Origin: an uncultured bacterium
GTDB taxonomy: Bacteria; Bipolaricaulota; Bipolaricaulia; RBG-16-55-9; DRJF01
Assembly (NCBI GenBank): GCA_913053845.1
Contig: CAJXGD010000004.1
Coordinates: 7,117 to 71,116, forward strand
Reading direction: 5' to 3'
DNA length: 64,000 nt
Made by a program: the position numbers and the translations under genes. Positions within the stretch are counted from its first letter, which is position 1. The number at the start of each line of letters is the position of its first letter. The notes under the pieces are model-generated. The model did not search any database. It was not told where the DNA came from and saw nothing but the letters and a program-made list of their open reading frames with translations. This document shows positions 31,403-40,899 of the stretch, in pieces.

Positions 31403-32848
31403 ATGAGCGAGATCGAACTCCAACGGGTCGCCGATTATATCTGGGAGATCCCGGCCAAGGGCGGGATGCGTGTGCCGGCGCGCGTCTTCGCCTCCGAAAC
31501 CCTGCTGGCGGGCATCCGTCAGGATGCCACGCTGAGACAGCTACGCAACACGACCTATCTGCCCGGCATCTATCCCTATGCCTGCGCCCTGCCCGATGCC
31601 CATCAGGGCTATGGCTTCCCCGTGGGTGGCGTGGCCGCGATAGACGCGGAAGACGGTGTGATCTCACCTGGCTCTATAGGCTTCGATATAAATTGTGGCG
31701 TTCGCCTCTGCCGCACCAACTTGAAATATGACGATCTGCATGGCCAGGAGCAGCAATTGGTCAATCAGCTCTTCGCCGCGGTGCCCACCGGTCTGGGTGT
31801 GGGCAGCATCGCCGGCACGCTCTCGGCCGATGAACTGGACCAGGTCGCGCGGCTGGGGATGCGCTGGGCGCTGGAGCGGGGCTACGCCACCGAAGACGAC
31901 CTGGCTCACTGCGAGGACGAAGGGGTGCGACCCGGCGCCGACCCGACCTGCGTCTCCCCGGAGGCCAAGGCTCGAGGGCGCAAGCAATTGGGCTCGCTGG
32001 GCTCGGGCAATCACTTCTTGGAGGTCCAGCGGGTCGCCGAGATATTCGACGAGCAGACGGCCCGCCAATACGGCTTGCAGCGTGATCAGTTGGTGATCAT
32101 GATCCACTGCGGCTCGCGCGGCTATGGCCATCAGATCTGCTCCGATTATTTGAAGCGCGTCGCCCACGAGCACCGTCGGTTACTGGCCGAGCTGCCCGAC
32201 CGCGAGTTGGCCGCCGCCCCGGTGAATAGCCCCGCCGGTCAGGACTACTATCAGGCGATGAACTGCGCCATCAACTTCGCCTGGTGCAATCGCCAGTTGA
32301 TCATGCACGCCGCCCGCGAGGTTTTCTCGACGATCTTCGGTAAGCGCTGGGATAGATTGGGCATGACGCTGCTCTATGATGTGGCGCACAACATCGGCAA
32401 ACGGGAGACCCATCTCATCGCTGGCGCGCAGCGCGAGGTTTACGTCCATCGCAAAGGGGCCACGCGCGCTTTCCCCGCCGGCCGAGCGGAGCTGCCCCCG
32501 GCCTATCGCCAGGTGGGCCAGCCGGTGCTCATTCCCGGCTCAATGGGCACCGGCTCCTATGTGCTCAAAGGACAAGCTAGCTCGCTGGAGCTGACCTTCG
32601 GCAGCACGGCGCACGGGGCCGGACGGGTGATGTCCCGCCGGCAGGCCAAGAGACAGTGGCAGGCCGACGAGCTGCAACGGGAGCTCAAGCGCCAAGGCAT
32701 CTACGTGCGAGGCCGCAGCAAGGCGACCATCGCTGAGGAGGCGCCGGGAGCCTATAAAGACCTGGATGAGGTGGTGCGCGTCTCCGACGAGCTGGGCATC
32801 GGTGCGCGGGTGGCCAAGCTGGTGCCGATCTGCAACATCAAGGGCTGA
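31403..32848 (+). CDS. rtcB: RNA-splicing/repair ligase RtcB
   Basis: PDAHQGYGFPVGG, GFDINCG, GSGNHFLE, HCGSRG, YDVAHN, HRKGAT, STAHGAGR, EEAPGAYK. Confidence 0.96.
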   Translation: MSEIELQRVADYIWEIPAKGGMRVPARVFASETLLAGIRQDATLRQLRNTTYLPGIYPYACALPDAHQGYGFPVGGVAAIDAEDGVISPGSIGFDINCGVRLCRTNLKYDDLHGQEQQLVNQLFAAVPTGLGVGSIAGTLSADELDQVARLGMRWALERGYATEDDLAHCEDEGVRPGADPTCVSPEAKARGRKQLGSLGSGNHFLEVQRVAEIFDEQTARQYGLQRDQLVIMIHCGSRGYGHQICSDYLKRVAHEHRRLLAELPDRELAAAPVNSPAGQDYYQAMNCAINFAWCNRQLIMHAAREVFSTIFGKRWDRLGMTLLYDVAHNIGKRETHLIAGAQREVYVHRKGATRAFPAGRAELPPAYRQVGQPVLIPGSMGTGSYVLKGQASSLELTFGSTAHGAGRVMSRRQAKRQWQADELQRELKRQGIYVRGRSKATIAEEAPGAYKDLDEVVRVSDELGIGARVAKLVPICNIKG

Positions 32849-32861
32849 AAAGAGGGAGTTA

Positions 32862-33446
32862 GTGAACGAAGATAAACTGAAGCGTCTGGAGGAGTTGTCG
32901 CGCGAGCTGCTGCTCATCCTGGGCGAGGACCCGGAGCGGGAGGGGCTGCGCAAGACGCCCCGGCGGCTGGCCGAGCTTTACCGGGATTTGAGCAGCGGCT
33001 ATCGCATCTCGCCGGAAGAGGTCGTGGCCGATGCCATCTTTCCCGTCGAGTATGACCATCTGATTTTGGTGCGCGACATCGAGTATCATTCGCTCTGCGA
33101 GCACCATCTGCTGCCCTTCTTCGGGCACATTCATGTGGGCTACATCCCCAACGGCAAGGTGATCGGCCTCTCCAAGATCCCGCGCATCGTGGAGGTTTTT
33201 TCCAAGCGACTCCAGTTGCAGGAGCGCATGACCGAGGAGATCGCCCGTTTTCTGCAACATATCATTCATCCACAAGGGGTGGCGGTGGTCGCCGAGGGGT
33301 TGCACCTCTGCCTGACCATGCGTGGGGCCAAGAAGGAGAGCGCCCGGATGGTGACCAGCTCGGTCAAGGGACTCTTTCGGCGGGATGCTCGCTCCCGCGC
33401 CGAGATCATGAACCTGATCAGCATGGGCGGCCCGAGCGGACGATGA
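32862..33446 (+). CDS. folE: GTP cyclohydrolase I
   Basis: GEDPEREGLRKTP, SLCEHHLLPF, GLSKIPR, RLQLQER, HLCLTMRG; GTG start after GGGAG. Confidence 0.96.
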   Translation: MNEDKLKRLEELSRELLLILGEDPEREGLRKTPRRLAELYRDLSSGYRISPEEVVADAIFPVEYDHLILVRDIEYHSLCEHHLLPFFGHIHVGYIPNGKVIGLSKIPRIVEVFSKRLQLQERMTEEIARFLQHIIHPQGVAVVAEGLHLCLTMRGAKKESARMVTSSVKGLFRRDARSRAEIMNLISMGGPSGR

Positions 33447-33456
33447 CGTGGTGGAA

Positions 33457-34011
33457 TCAGGAACGCCCCGCCCGCATCTTCGCCTGCAAGAACCCGATCA
33501 ACCCCAGGGCCAAAAGCAGATCACCCAGGCTGAAGACGTTGGCCCCAGGCAGCCAGGCCGGCGTATGGAAAATATCGCTCAGCCAGACCAGTTGACTGCT
33601 AGCTACGATGACGGTGTTGTTGCCATAGTGGCCCAGTCCGGCCAGCTTCGCGGCGGCCCCCACCCGTCCGGCCGCCTGCAATCCGGCGACCGTGGTGGGC
33701 ATATAACCGCCATTCAAGGTGATCACCAGCAGGTTGAGCGCCATGCCCGCTCCCATGGCCAAGATGCCCCATTCGTGCCAGTTAAGCCCCACGAAGAACA
33801 AGAGCAGCAGGTACGAGCCGAGGTGGAGATATTCAGTCCCCACGGTGATCAATGGCTTCCCTGCACCTAGCGGGAAGATCGAGAGCTGGATCAGCAAGGC
33901 CAGCAGGATCAGCCAGCCGCCGCGCAGCTTGATCTGAGCCAGATTGCCCAGCCGGCCGCCGCGCAGGTAACCGATGATAATCCCGAGGGGAATGGCCCAG
34001 ATGAGCAGCAT
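33457..34011 (-). CDS. DUF5317-family membrane protein (signal-peptidase-II-like motifs)
   Basis: RGGRLGNL, NLLVITLNGGYMP, LSDIF...VFSLGD. Confidence 0.85.
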   Translation of the reverse strand: MLLIWAIPLGIIIGYLRGGRLGNLAQIKLRGGWLILLALLIQLSIFPLGAGKPLITVGTEYLHLGSYLLLLFFVGLNWHEWGILAMGAGMALNLLVITLNGGYMPTTVAGLQAAGRVGAAAKLAGLGHYGNNTVIVASSQLVWLSDIFHTPAWLPGANVFSLGDLLLALGLIGFLQAKMRAGRS

Positions 34012-34022
34012 GATGGCCTAGC

Positions 34023-35330
34023 TTAGTTGAGGCGTTGTTGCCTCTCCACCAAGTGGAAGAAGGCTTCCACGGCCTGGGGGTCCAGATGGGTACCGCTTTC
34101 TTCTTTGATGATCTGAAATGCTTTGGCCGGGGGATAGGCTTTACGATAGGGTCGGTCGGTGGTCAGGGCGTTATAGGAGTCGGCCACGGCGACGATGCGC
34201 GCCCCGATGGGGATATCCTTGCCAGCCAAGCCATCGGGGTAGCCCTGCCCATCCCAGTGCTCATGCTCGTGGCGCACGATCTGGACTCCGTCGCCATAGA
34301 TCTCCATGCCCTTGATCAGCTCGGCGCCGATGACCGGATGGCGTCTCATGATCTCCCATTCCTCATCGTTCAAGGGGCCGGGCTTGCGCAGAATCCTGTC
34401 GGGAATGCCGATCTTGCCGATGTCATGGATCAGTGCGGCCGACTGGATTGTCTCGACCTGATCGGGTGGGAGCTTCATCTCGCGGGCGATCTCGGCGGAG
34501 AGCTGTGCCACCTCTTCGGAGTGTTCAAAAGTATAGGGATCACGCTCGGAGAGAGCGTGGATCATCTGCTCGAAGGTATTCTTAGCTTCGGCGCGCAGCT
34601 TGGTATAGTCGCGCAGCGAGATATGGACCAGCACCAGCGGGATGAGCAACAGGATAAGGTTCCAGGGGTTCTGGGCATAGACGACGGCGATCAGGATGCC
34701 CAGCACGCCCAAGCTGAGCAGTTGGATATGAAGGTGTTTCAAGTTGAACTTGAGCTGGTAGAAGAAGGGCACGCCCTGGGTCAGGCGGACGATTCCGGCT
34801 ACCAGCGAGGTATTGGCGATCGAGGCGACAACATAGGCCAGGGCGACCGGGAGATAGCCAATTAGGTTCTGATAGCCCAGTATGCCAGTTGCATCAGATG
34901 ATGTTTCCAGCAAAGGGTGGCCACCGACTAAAGTGAAAGTTAGCCCAGCTAAAAAGATTGCGACAAGAAGCTGGCCAGTGTTAAAAGCAACGCTACGGAG
35001 GAAAGGAACAAATCTCTTTGAGGAGATGAACTCCCAACGAAGGAATATTTCAGCTGAAAGGACAGAAAGCAACACGACCCCAAGTGCAAAGTGTAAGCCA
35101 CCGAGTACAATTGCAGCCAAATAGAGCGCGATGGCCGTGGAGGTTGCCCTGGTGTAGATGATCTTTATTTCGTATATTTCGGCAAAGAAGGCAATCAGGC
35201 TGAAGAGACTAATGGTTAAGACATGTTTTACAAGAAAGGGTAATGATGGAAGCAGATAAACAATGACAATTGCTGCTCCCACAAGACCAACTACTGTGAG
35301 ATAAAGCTTAGCCTCCCAGCGCAGAGTCAT
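34023..35330 (-). CDS. Membrane-sensor HD-GYP c-di-GMP phosphodiesterase
   Basis: About 7-8 N-terminal TM segments; YTFEHSEEV, HDIGK, HEHWDGQGYPDG, VADSYNALTTDRPYR. Confidence 0.92.
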   Translation of the reverse strand: MTLRWEAKLYLTVVGLVGAAIVIVYLLPSLPFLVKHVLTISLFSLIAFFAEIYEIKIIYTRATSTAIALYLAAIVLGGLHFALGVVLLSVLSAEIFLRWEFISSKRFVPFLRSVAFNTGQLLVAIFLAGLTFTLVGGHPLLETSSDATGILGYQNLIGYLPVALAYVVASIANTSLVAGIVRLTQGVPFFYQLKFNLKHLHIQLLSLGVLGILIAVVYAQNPWNLILLLIPLVLVHISLRDYTKLRAEAKNTFEQMIHALSERDPYTFEHSEEVAQLSAEIAREMKLPPDQVETIQSAALIHDIGKIGIPDRILRKPGPLNDEEWEIMRRHPVIGAELIKGMEIYGDGVQIVRHEHEHWDGQGYPDGLAGKDIPIGARIVAVADSYNALTTDRPYRKAYPPAKAFQIIKEESGTHLDPQAVEAFFHLVERQQRLN

Positions 35331-35343
35331 AATAAGCCCATTA

Positions 35344-35387
35344 TAAAAGAGAAGAAGGAGTGGAGCAAGCCCTCTCCTTCATCTCTT
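35344..35387 (-). terminator. Intrinsic terminator/attenuator between the peptide gene and HD-GYP
   Basis: Minus-strand hairpin gagatgaaggag...ctccttcttctc followed by tttt. Confidence 0.6.
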
Positions 35388-35425
35388 AGGTAAATAGATA
35401 GACGTCGAAGCAGGAAATCTTTAGT

Positions 35426-35584
35426 TTAACCACCTGTCCACTTATCAGCCGCTCCGCTCAAGACTACAAAGGCCGCTAGCATCATCAGCACGTAGAGGAC
35501 CCGACTGCTGTTGATCCGTGCGAAAAACCGGTTCATCCGCTCCTGCGCCTGCTTTACTTCGGCTCCACTTTCCCACTTCAACAT
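35426..35584 (-). CDS. Unannotated 52-aa prepeptide MLKWESGAEVKQAQERMNRFFARINSSRVLYVLMMLAAFVVLSGAADKWTGG
   Basis: Strong AAGGAGG RBS just upstream of the ATG, its own promoter, a downstream hairpin, and a signal-peptide-like h-region with a short polar tail. Confidence 0.8.
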   Translation of the reverse strand: MLKWESGAEVKQAQERMNRFFARINSSRVLYVLMMLAAFVVLSGAADKWTGG

Positions 35585-35635
35585 AATAACCCTCCTTAGG
35601 TTACATCTGGCTTGGATTTATGCTACCATGACTGC

Positions 35636-35664
35636 ACTATAACACACCTAACAAAAAAAGTCAA
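35636..35664 (-). promoter_or_regulatory. sigma70 promoter of the peptide operon (P1)
   Basis: TTGACT-N17-TATAGT with extended -10 TG. Confidence 0.7.
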
Positions 35665-35786
35665 GCCCCCCGACTGCTCTGAGCCGGTGCTTGACGGTCA
35701 TAGTGCGCTATAGATCGGCGAAAAGTCACTTTGCTGATGATCTTCCCACCTCGTCCCCAGACCTTGATGGATGCTACTAACGCCAC

Positions 35787-35816
35787 TATTATAGCATAAT
35801 ACCCTCAAAAGTCAAG
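35787..35816 (-). promoter_or_regulatory. Promoter P2, duplicated at 40980-41009
   Basis: TTGACT-N16-TATAAT with TG extension; 28/30 identical to 40980-41009. Confidence 0.65.
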
Positions 35817-35890
35817 CGCGCGAATTGCCTCAGCAAAAAAGTACTCCAAATCCTATCGTTTGATCGGGAGACCTGAAGTGACTCGAGAGT

Positions 35891-36532
35891 TCAGTTCGCG
35901 GCGGCGCTGGGACGAACGCTTTTCAGCTCGGGAATCTGCTTCAAAGCGTCTTTGAAGACCGCTTTCAGCCAATCGGTTGCTTCCAGCGCACGCAGGTCAG
36001 CGGTGATCGCCGCGCGACGAGAGAGGATTCGCTGGGCTGCCTTTTGAGCAAAAGATGTATCGTTGCCTGGCGCAGTGCTCATCACGCTCAGCGTCTGTTG
36101 GGCGATCAGCTCAATGGTGTCCAGATTAAGACGGATGCGATCCAAGCGCTGGCATAACTGTTGATGAAATCCCACCAGCGCGCGTGGCGGCTTGAGGCCC
36201 TTTTGGCAGAGCTTCCCGTGCTCATCTGCGATGGCGAACTTTGCGCTATCGCTGACATCGCGCAGTTCGGTAAACTCGGTAGGAACCAAGCAGTAAGCTT
36301 CGTTCAGACAACGCATGACCTCAAAGGGCTGCACCAACGAGGGGATCAGGCCATTCAAGGGCACCGGTGCCGACGGTTCAACCGTCTGCTGGGGGCGGAG
36401 TACGGTGATGACCCGTTGTTGATAATCGGTCACCGATAACCTCCCCGAGCTGCATGCCGCCATCCCAGTGGCTACACCGATGACCAGAGCACTGAAGGCC
36501 AGCCAGCGTAACGTTCGATTTATCAGATACAT
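35891..36532 (-). CDS. Hypothetical helical lipoprotein
   Basis: Lipobox-like MAAC after a hydrophobic stretch; start at ATG 36532, downstream of oppC. Confidence 0.65.
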   Translation of the reverse strand: MYLINRTLRWLAFSALVIGVATGMAACSSGRLSVTDYQQRVITVLRPQQTVEPSAPVPLNGLIPSLVQPFEVMRCLNEAYCLVPTEFTELRDVSDSAKFAIADEHGKLCQKGLKPPRALVGFHQQLCQRLDRIRLNLDTIELIAQQTLSVMSTAPGNDTSFAQKAAQRILSRRAAITADLRALEATDWLKAVFKDALKQIPELKSVRPSAAAN

Positions 36533-36554
36533 AGATCTTTGAAGAGTCTCCCGC

Positions 36555-37610
36555 TTAGCGGCCCTCCCCGCGCATGCGGGGGTCGAGGATCTCCTGGAAG
36601 GCATCGCCCAATAGGGCGAAGCTGAGCACAAAGAGGAGCAAGGCGATGCCGGGGAAGGCGATCACGTACCAGTACTGGGTAGGATCACCTGCCGAGCCTA
36701 CGATCCAATTGCGGGCGAAGCTGGCCAGTTGACCCCAATCGGCATAGCCTTCGGGAGAACCCAGGCCCAGGAAGCTGAGTGTGGCCACGCCGACCATCTG
36801 GCTGCCGATGTCCAGCGTGGCCGCGGCCACCACCGGCGAGATGGCATTGGGCAAGATGTGGCGAAAGATAATCCGCAGGTTGCTGGCCCCTGAGGCCCGG
36901 GCGGCATTCACATAATCAACTTCTTTGACGCGCAGGACCTCCCCACGGGTGAGACGGGCATAGAAGGGCCAACCGAAGACGATAAAAGCGATGATCACAG
37001 AGTTAAGTCCCTTACCCATAAATGAAACCAGCACTATAGCACCGATCAGGGCAGGCAGCGAGAGGAAAATATCCACGACGCGCATGATGAGGTTATCGAT
37101 TCGTTTCCCGAAGAAGCCGGCGAGAGCGCCGAGCAGCACCCCGACAAACACGATGCTGAAGGTTACTTCAAACCCCACCCGAAAGGCGGTGCGCGTCCCC
37201 CAGATGATGCCGTAGTAGATGTCATATTGGTCACCGGTCAAGCCTAAGGGATGCTTGTGCCAATCGGGCGGGAAGCTCCGCCAGGCCGCCGATTCCGGCG
37301 GCTCCGGATAGGGTCTGAAGCTAGCACGCGGGATCATGTAGGGATTGCGGGCACCCGACGGCGGGGGCGCTAACCAGGGAGCAGCCAGAGCAACGAAGCT
37401 AAAGAAGAGCACCAGAACGAGTCCTATGATGGCCAGCGGACTACGCCGGACTCGCTGGCTGAGCCAGCGCAATCCCCGACGCCGTCGCGCCAGGTAGTCC
37501 TGGAACTGCCGCAGGCGATAGGCACTGGCCCTTGAAGTGAATACCCCCTGAGGCTTAGGACGAGCGGTGCGCAGGTGCGTGCGGCGATGGGGTTTGATGA
37601 ACTTCATCAC
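36555..37610 (-). CDS. Peptide ABC transporter permease (OppC/DppC)
   Basis: HPLGLTGDQYDI, YVNAARASGAS...RHILPN, LSFLGLG, LGDAFQEILDPR. Confidence 0.93.
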   Translation of the reverse strand: MMKFIKPHRRTHLRTARPKPQGVFTSRASAYRLRQFQDYLARRRRGLRWLSQRVRRSPLAIIGLVLVLFFSFVALAAPWLAPPPSGARNPYMIPRASFRPYPEPPESAAWRSFPPDWHKHPLGLTGDQYDIYYGIIWGTRTAFRVGFEVTFSIVFVGVLLGALAGFFGKRIDNLIMRVVDIFLSLPALIGAIVLVSFMGKGLNSVIIAFIVFGWPFYARLTRGEVLRVKEVDYVNAARASGASNLRIIFRHILPNAISPVVAAATLDIGSQMVGVATLSFLGLGSPEGYADWGQLASFARNWIVGSAGDPTQYWYVIAFPGIALLLFVLSFALLGDAFQEILDPRMRGEGR

Positions 37611-38653
37611 TCTAGCCTCACTCGGGGGTCAATGATCGCGTAGAGCACGTCAACGATCAGATTGGTCAAGACGACCCCGCCGCTGATGACCAGCGCCGTG
37701 CCCATGATGGCCGCGCTATCCAGTTGGGTGGCCGAAAAGACGAAGAAGTAACCCAAGCCGCGGTAGTTATATACCGTCTCGGTGATCGCGCCGCCGGTGA
37801 AGAAACCCAGTACCAACAGGCCGCCGACGGTAACCGCGGAGATGAGCGCATTGCGGCGTGCGTGCTTCTTGATGACCACCCGTTCAGGCAGTCCCTTGGC
37901 CCGCGCGGTGCGCACGTAGTCCTGGCGGAGCACCTCCAACATCGAAGCGCGCATCACCCGGAGCAGGATGGCCCATTCGAGGAAGGAGATGGTGAAGACC
38001 GGACCGACCAGGTGGCGGAAGGCATTCCAGGTGATGTCCCAGCGCCAATTCAGGATCCCGTCAATGGTGTTCAAGCCGGTATAGCGGATGAAGTGGAAAG
38101 AGGTGAGATTGCTCACCACCAGGTCGGCCCAGGTGCTCAGGCGGCCGGGAGGGAACCAGCCCAAGATCCCAAAGAAGATTAAGATGAGGAAGATCGCCAG
38201 CACGAAGGAAGGGAACCCCCAGCCTAAGATGGCCATAATGCGGGTGAGGTGATCTATAATCGTATTCTGTTTCACTGCAGAGAGGACCCCCAACCAGATC
38301 CCCACGATGATCACCGGGATGAAAGAGTAGATCGCCAGCTCCAGCGTTGCGGGAAAGTAGGCCGCGATGGCCTGACTGACCCACATATTGGCATAGGTTG
38401 ACCAGCCAAGTTTTCCATGAAAGATATTGTCCAGCCAGTTGAGATAGCGCTCCCAGATTGGCCTATCTAGCCCGTAGGTGTGGATGAGCCTCTCAACAGC
38501 GGCTGTCCCCCCATGAAGCTGCGTGGGGCTTGAGACGTAAGCCGCCAGTTGCTCTGCAGGGCTGAGCAGACTGAACATGGCGTAGGTGATCAGGGTGACG
38601 CCGAGAATAATGACGGGCAGGATAACCAAGCGACGGATGATAAAGGCGATCAT
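37607..38653 (-). CDS. Peptide ABC transporter permease (OppB/DppB)
   Basis: FIIRRL, QDYVRTARAKGL...KHARRNA, VDVLYAIIDPR. Confidence 0.93.
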   Translation of the reverse strand: MIAFIIRRLVILPVIILGVTLITYAMFSLLSPAEQLAAYVSSPTQLHGGTAAVERLIHTYGLDRPIWERYLNWLDNIFHGKLGWSTYANMWVSQAIAAYFPATLELAIYSFIPVIIVGIWLGVLSAVKQNTIIDHLTRIMAILGWGFPSFVLAIFLILIFFGILGWFPPGRLSTWADLVVSNLTSFHFIRYTGLNTIDGILNWRWDITWNAFRHLVGPVFTISFLEWAILLRVMRASMLEVLRQDYVRTARAKGLPERVVIKKHARRNALISAVTVGGLLVLGFFTGGAITETVYNYRGLGYFFVFSATQLDSAAIMGTALVISGGVVLTNLIVDVLYAIIDPRVRLE

Positions 38654-38697
38654 GACTGTTCCATTCTACTCAGTTTCAAGAGGGTTAGCAAGGAGGA

Positions 38698-38728
38698 AGG
38701 GGGAGGGCCGCTGATGCGGTCCTCCCCC
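38698..38728 (-). terminator. Stem-loop after the SBP gene (stabiliser/attenuator)
   Basis: ggggagggccgc-tgat-gcggtcctccccc inverted repeat. Confidence 0.6.
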
Positions 38729-38766
38729 ACCGTTCCGTACTACTTGCCTTGCTATGTCTAATAGTC

Positions 38767-40899
38767 CTACTTAGACATGTTGTAGAAGTATTGCCCCGGA
38801 TAGAGGGGGTTATAGAACCAGCCTTTTACCCAGAGCTGCTCGTAGTGCCGTCCCAACGCCTGCACGGTCACCACCGAGGGTGCCTGCTCGAAGTACCATA
38901 GCTGCAACTTGTTGTAGTCCGCCTGGCGCTTGGCCTTGTTCAGCTCGACAGAAGCCGAGTTGATCAGAGCATCCCAGTGCGCCTTAGCGTAGTCGAGCAG
39001 CGTCTTCCCCTGGAAGCCGGAGAAGGCTCCGTAGCTGGCCATGAGGGGCACCACCCAGTCGTGCGGATCGTGGAAATCCTCCAACCAGCCGATGACGAAC
39101 ATGGTCAAGTTGCCCGCGATCAGATCCTTGAGATACTGCGGCCAGGCCTCACTCTGGATCGTGATACTGAACTTGGGGTTGAGGTTCTGGATGTTCTTTT
39201 GGAAGATCTGGGTGGCCGTCTTGCGCTGAGCGTTGCCGGTGTTGTAGAGCAGCGTCAAGTCAAAGCCCTTGTTCCAGAGCTCGCCGGTCTTGTCCACGAC
39301 GATCTGATCATCGCCCAGGGCCGAGGTCTCCAGCACGCCGTCGGGGCCGGGCTGAATGGTATCGCCCTTGATCACATCATCTTCGGTCAGCACTTGCGCC
39401 GAGTCCAGCACACCGTTGGGGCCGGCCACAATGTGGCCCGTGCCGCCCCAGGCCATCTGAAACTCCGCCTTGGCGTCGTTCATGCTGTAGAAGTAGATCG
39501 GGTTCTCTGGGTTGTTGAAGGGCAGGCTCGCCGGGATAGGTCCGGTCGGTTGAACCGCCTCGCCCAACCAGGCCTGTTGGATATAGGTCTTGTATTGGAA
39601 GGCATAGGCGAAGCCCTTCCTGACGTTAATGTCACTGAAGAACTCTGGCGGCACGCCCTGGCCGTCCATCTTGCCGCTGCCGATGTACTTGCTGGTGGGG
39701 TTGATGTCGTACTGGAAGTAGACACCTTGGTTGAGGTTCTCCCCCAGATCCTTGAAGAGGCGCAGAGTAGCGTTCTTGTTGCCGGTAGCCTGGCACTTGT
39801 CGCGGTTGGCCGGCATGGTGAAATCTGGGCCACCCGCCTTAGGGGTGCAGAGCTCAGCTACCAAGGGGTCAACTTGGCCAACGTTCTGGCGTGGGACGTA
39901 GATCATGTCCGCATCGCCCTTCTGGAAGAGCAAGAAGCGCGTGGAGAACTCGTCGATCCCCTCGATGATCGCTGTCTTCACCGCCGCCGAGGTGCGCCAG
40001 TAGTGATCATTGCGGACCAGGATGACCTTCTTGTTGACCCGATCCCAGCTGGCGAGCTTGTAGGGGCCGGTCCCGTTCATCTCGGAGAAGAGCTTGCTCT
40101 GCTCCGCCTTGGGATTGTGGAAGAAGCGCCAGGTCGCGGCACCGCCATTCCAGCCCCCGACTCCTTTGGAAGTGACCCAGGTCCAATCGACGATACTGCC
40201 CCAGTTGCCCACCAGGGTGGAGAGGAAGTAGGCCGCCGGTTTGGCCAGGCGGACGATGAAGTCGTTCCCCTTGATCTGAAAGTGTCCGGCCATCTCATTA
40301 AAGGCCTTCTGGTCCACCTGCTTCATCGTGGCCGTGTAGGTGCCGGGCTTAGTGGGGTCAAAGGCCTTAAGGTCCTTAGCGTATTGATCGGCCACCCCCA
40401 TCTTCTTGGCCACACCTGCGACGAAGCTGTCCCAGGTGCCGACGTTGAGAATGGGATCGAGCAGGATCCAGATTGGGCCGCCGGCGCGATCCTGGATGAG
40501 ATCTCGCTCGAAGCTGTACTTAACAGTGAAGGGAGTCAGGTCGTCGCCGTTCTGGAACTTGACGCCCTGGCGAATGTGGAAGGTGTAGGTCAGACCATCT
40601 TTGCTGATCGTGCCGTCAGCCACGCTGGGGACGTTGGTCGACAACATAGGTACGAACTCCGAGGCGCTATCCGCCTTGGGGAAGATGAGCGTGTCATAGA
40701 CGTTCTGTATGACCTCTCCCGATGCGGTGTCATAGCCCCAGGCGGGGTCGAGCGTCTCCGGACCACCGATGGTAGCCTCGATGAGCGTATCGGGGTTCTT
40801 CACCTGATTTTGTGCCGCGGAAACGGCCCCGCCTGCCGTCGCGATGAGCAGCAACAAGGCCGCGCCCACTATCCAACGGAGATTGAGATGCCGCCACAT
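38767..40899 (-). CDS. Family-5 peptide-binding protein (OppA/DppA) with insertions
   Basis: Signal peptide; PETLDPAWGYD, YTFHIRQGVKFQNG, NGTGPYKL, GWLEDFHDP. Confidence 0.92.
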   Translation of the reverse strand: MWRHLNLRWIVGAALLLLIATAGGAVSAAQNQVKNPDTLIEATIGGPETLDPAWGYDTASGEVIQNVYDTLIFPKADSASEFVPMLSTNVPSVADGTISKDGLTYTFHIRQGVKFQNGDDLTPFTVKYSFERDLIQDRAGGPIWILLDPILNVGTWDSFVAGVAKKMGVADQYAKDLKAFDPTKPGTYTATMKQVDQKAFNEMAGHFQIKGNDFIVRLAKPAAYFLSTLVGNWGSIVDWTWVTSKGVGGWNGGAATWRFFHNPKAEQSKLFSEMNGTGPYKLASWDRVNKKVILVRNDHYWRTSAAVKTAIIEGIDEFSTRFLLFQKGDADMIYVPRQNVGQVDPLVAELCTPKAGGPDFTMPANRDKCQATGNKNATLRLFKDLGENLNQGVYFQYDINPTSKYIGSGKMDGQGVPPEFFSDINVRKGFAYAFQYKTYIQQAWLGEAVQPTGPIPASLPFNNPENPIYFYSMNDAKAEFQMAWGGTGHIVAGPNGVLDSAQVLTEDDVIKGDTIQPGPDGVLETSALGDDQIVVDKTGELWNKGFDLTLLYNTGNAQRKTATQIFQKNIQNLNPKFSITIQSEAWPQYLKDLIAGNLTMFVIGWLEDFHDPHDWVVPLMASYGAFSGFQGKTLLDYAKAHWDALINSASVELNKAKRQADYNKLQLWYFEQAPSVVTVQALGRHYEQLWVKGWFYNPLYPGQYFYNMSK

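Noticed and set aside
31403-33446. rtcB-folE as a defence or 7-deazaguanine modification system
   Set aside because: No queC/queD/queE, dpd or nuclease genes nearby; both look like ordinary housekeeping genes.
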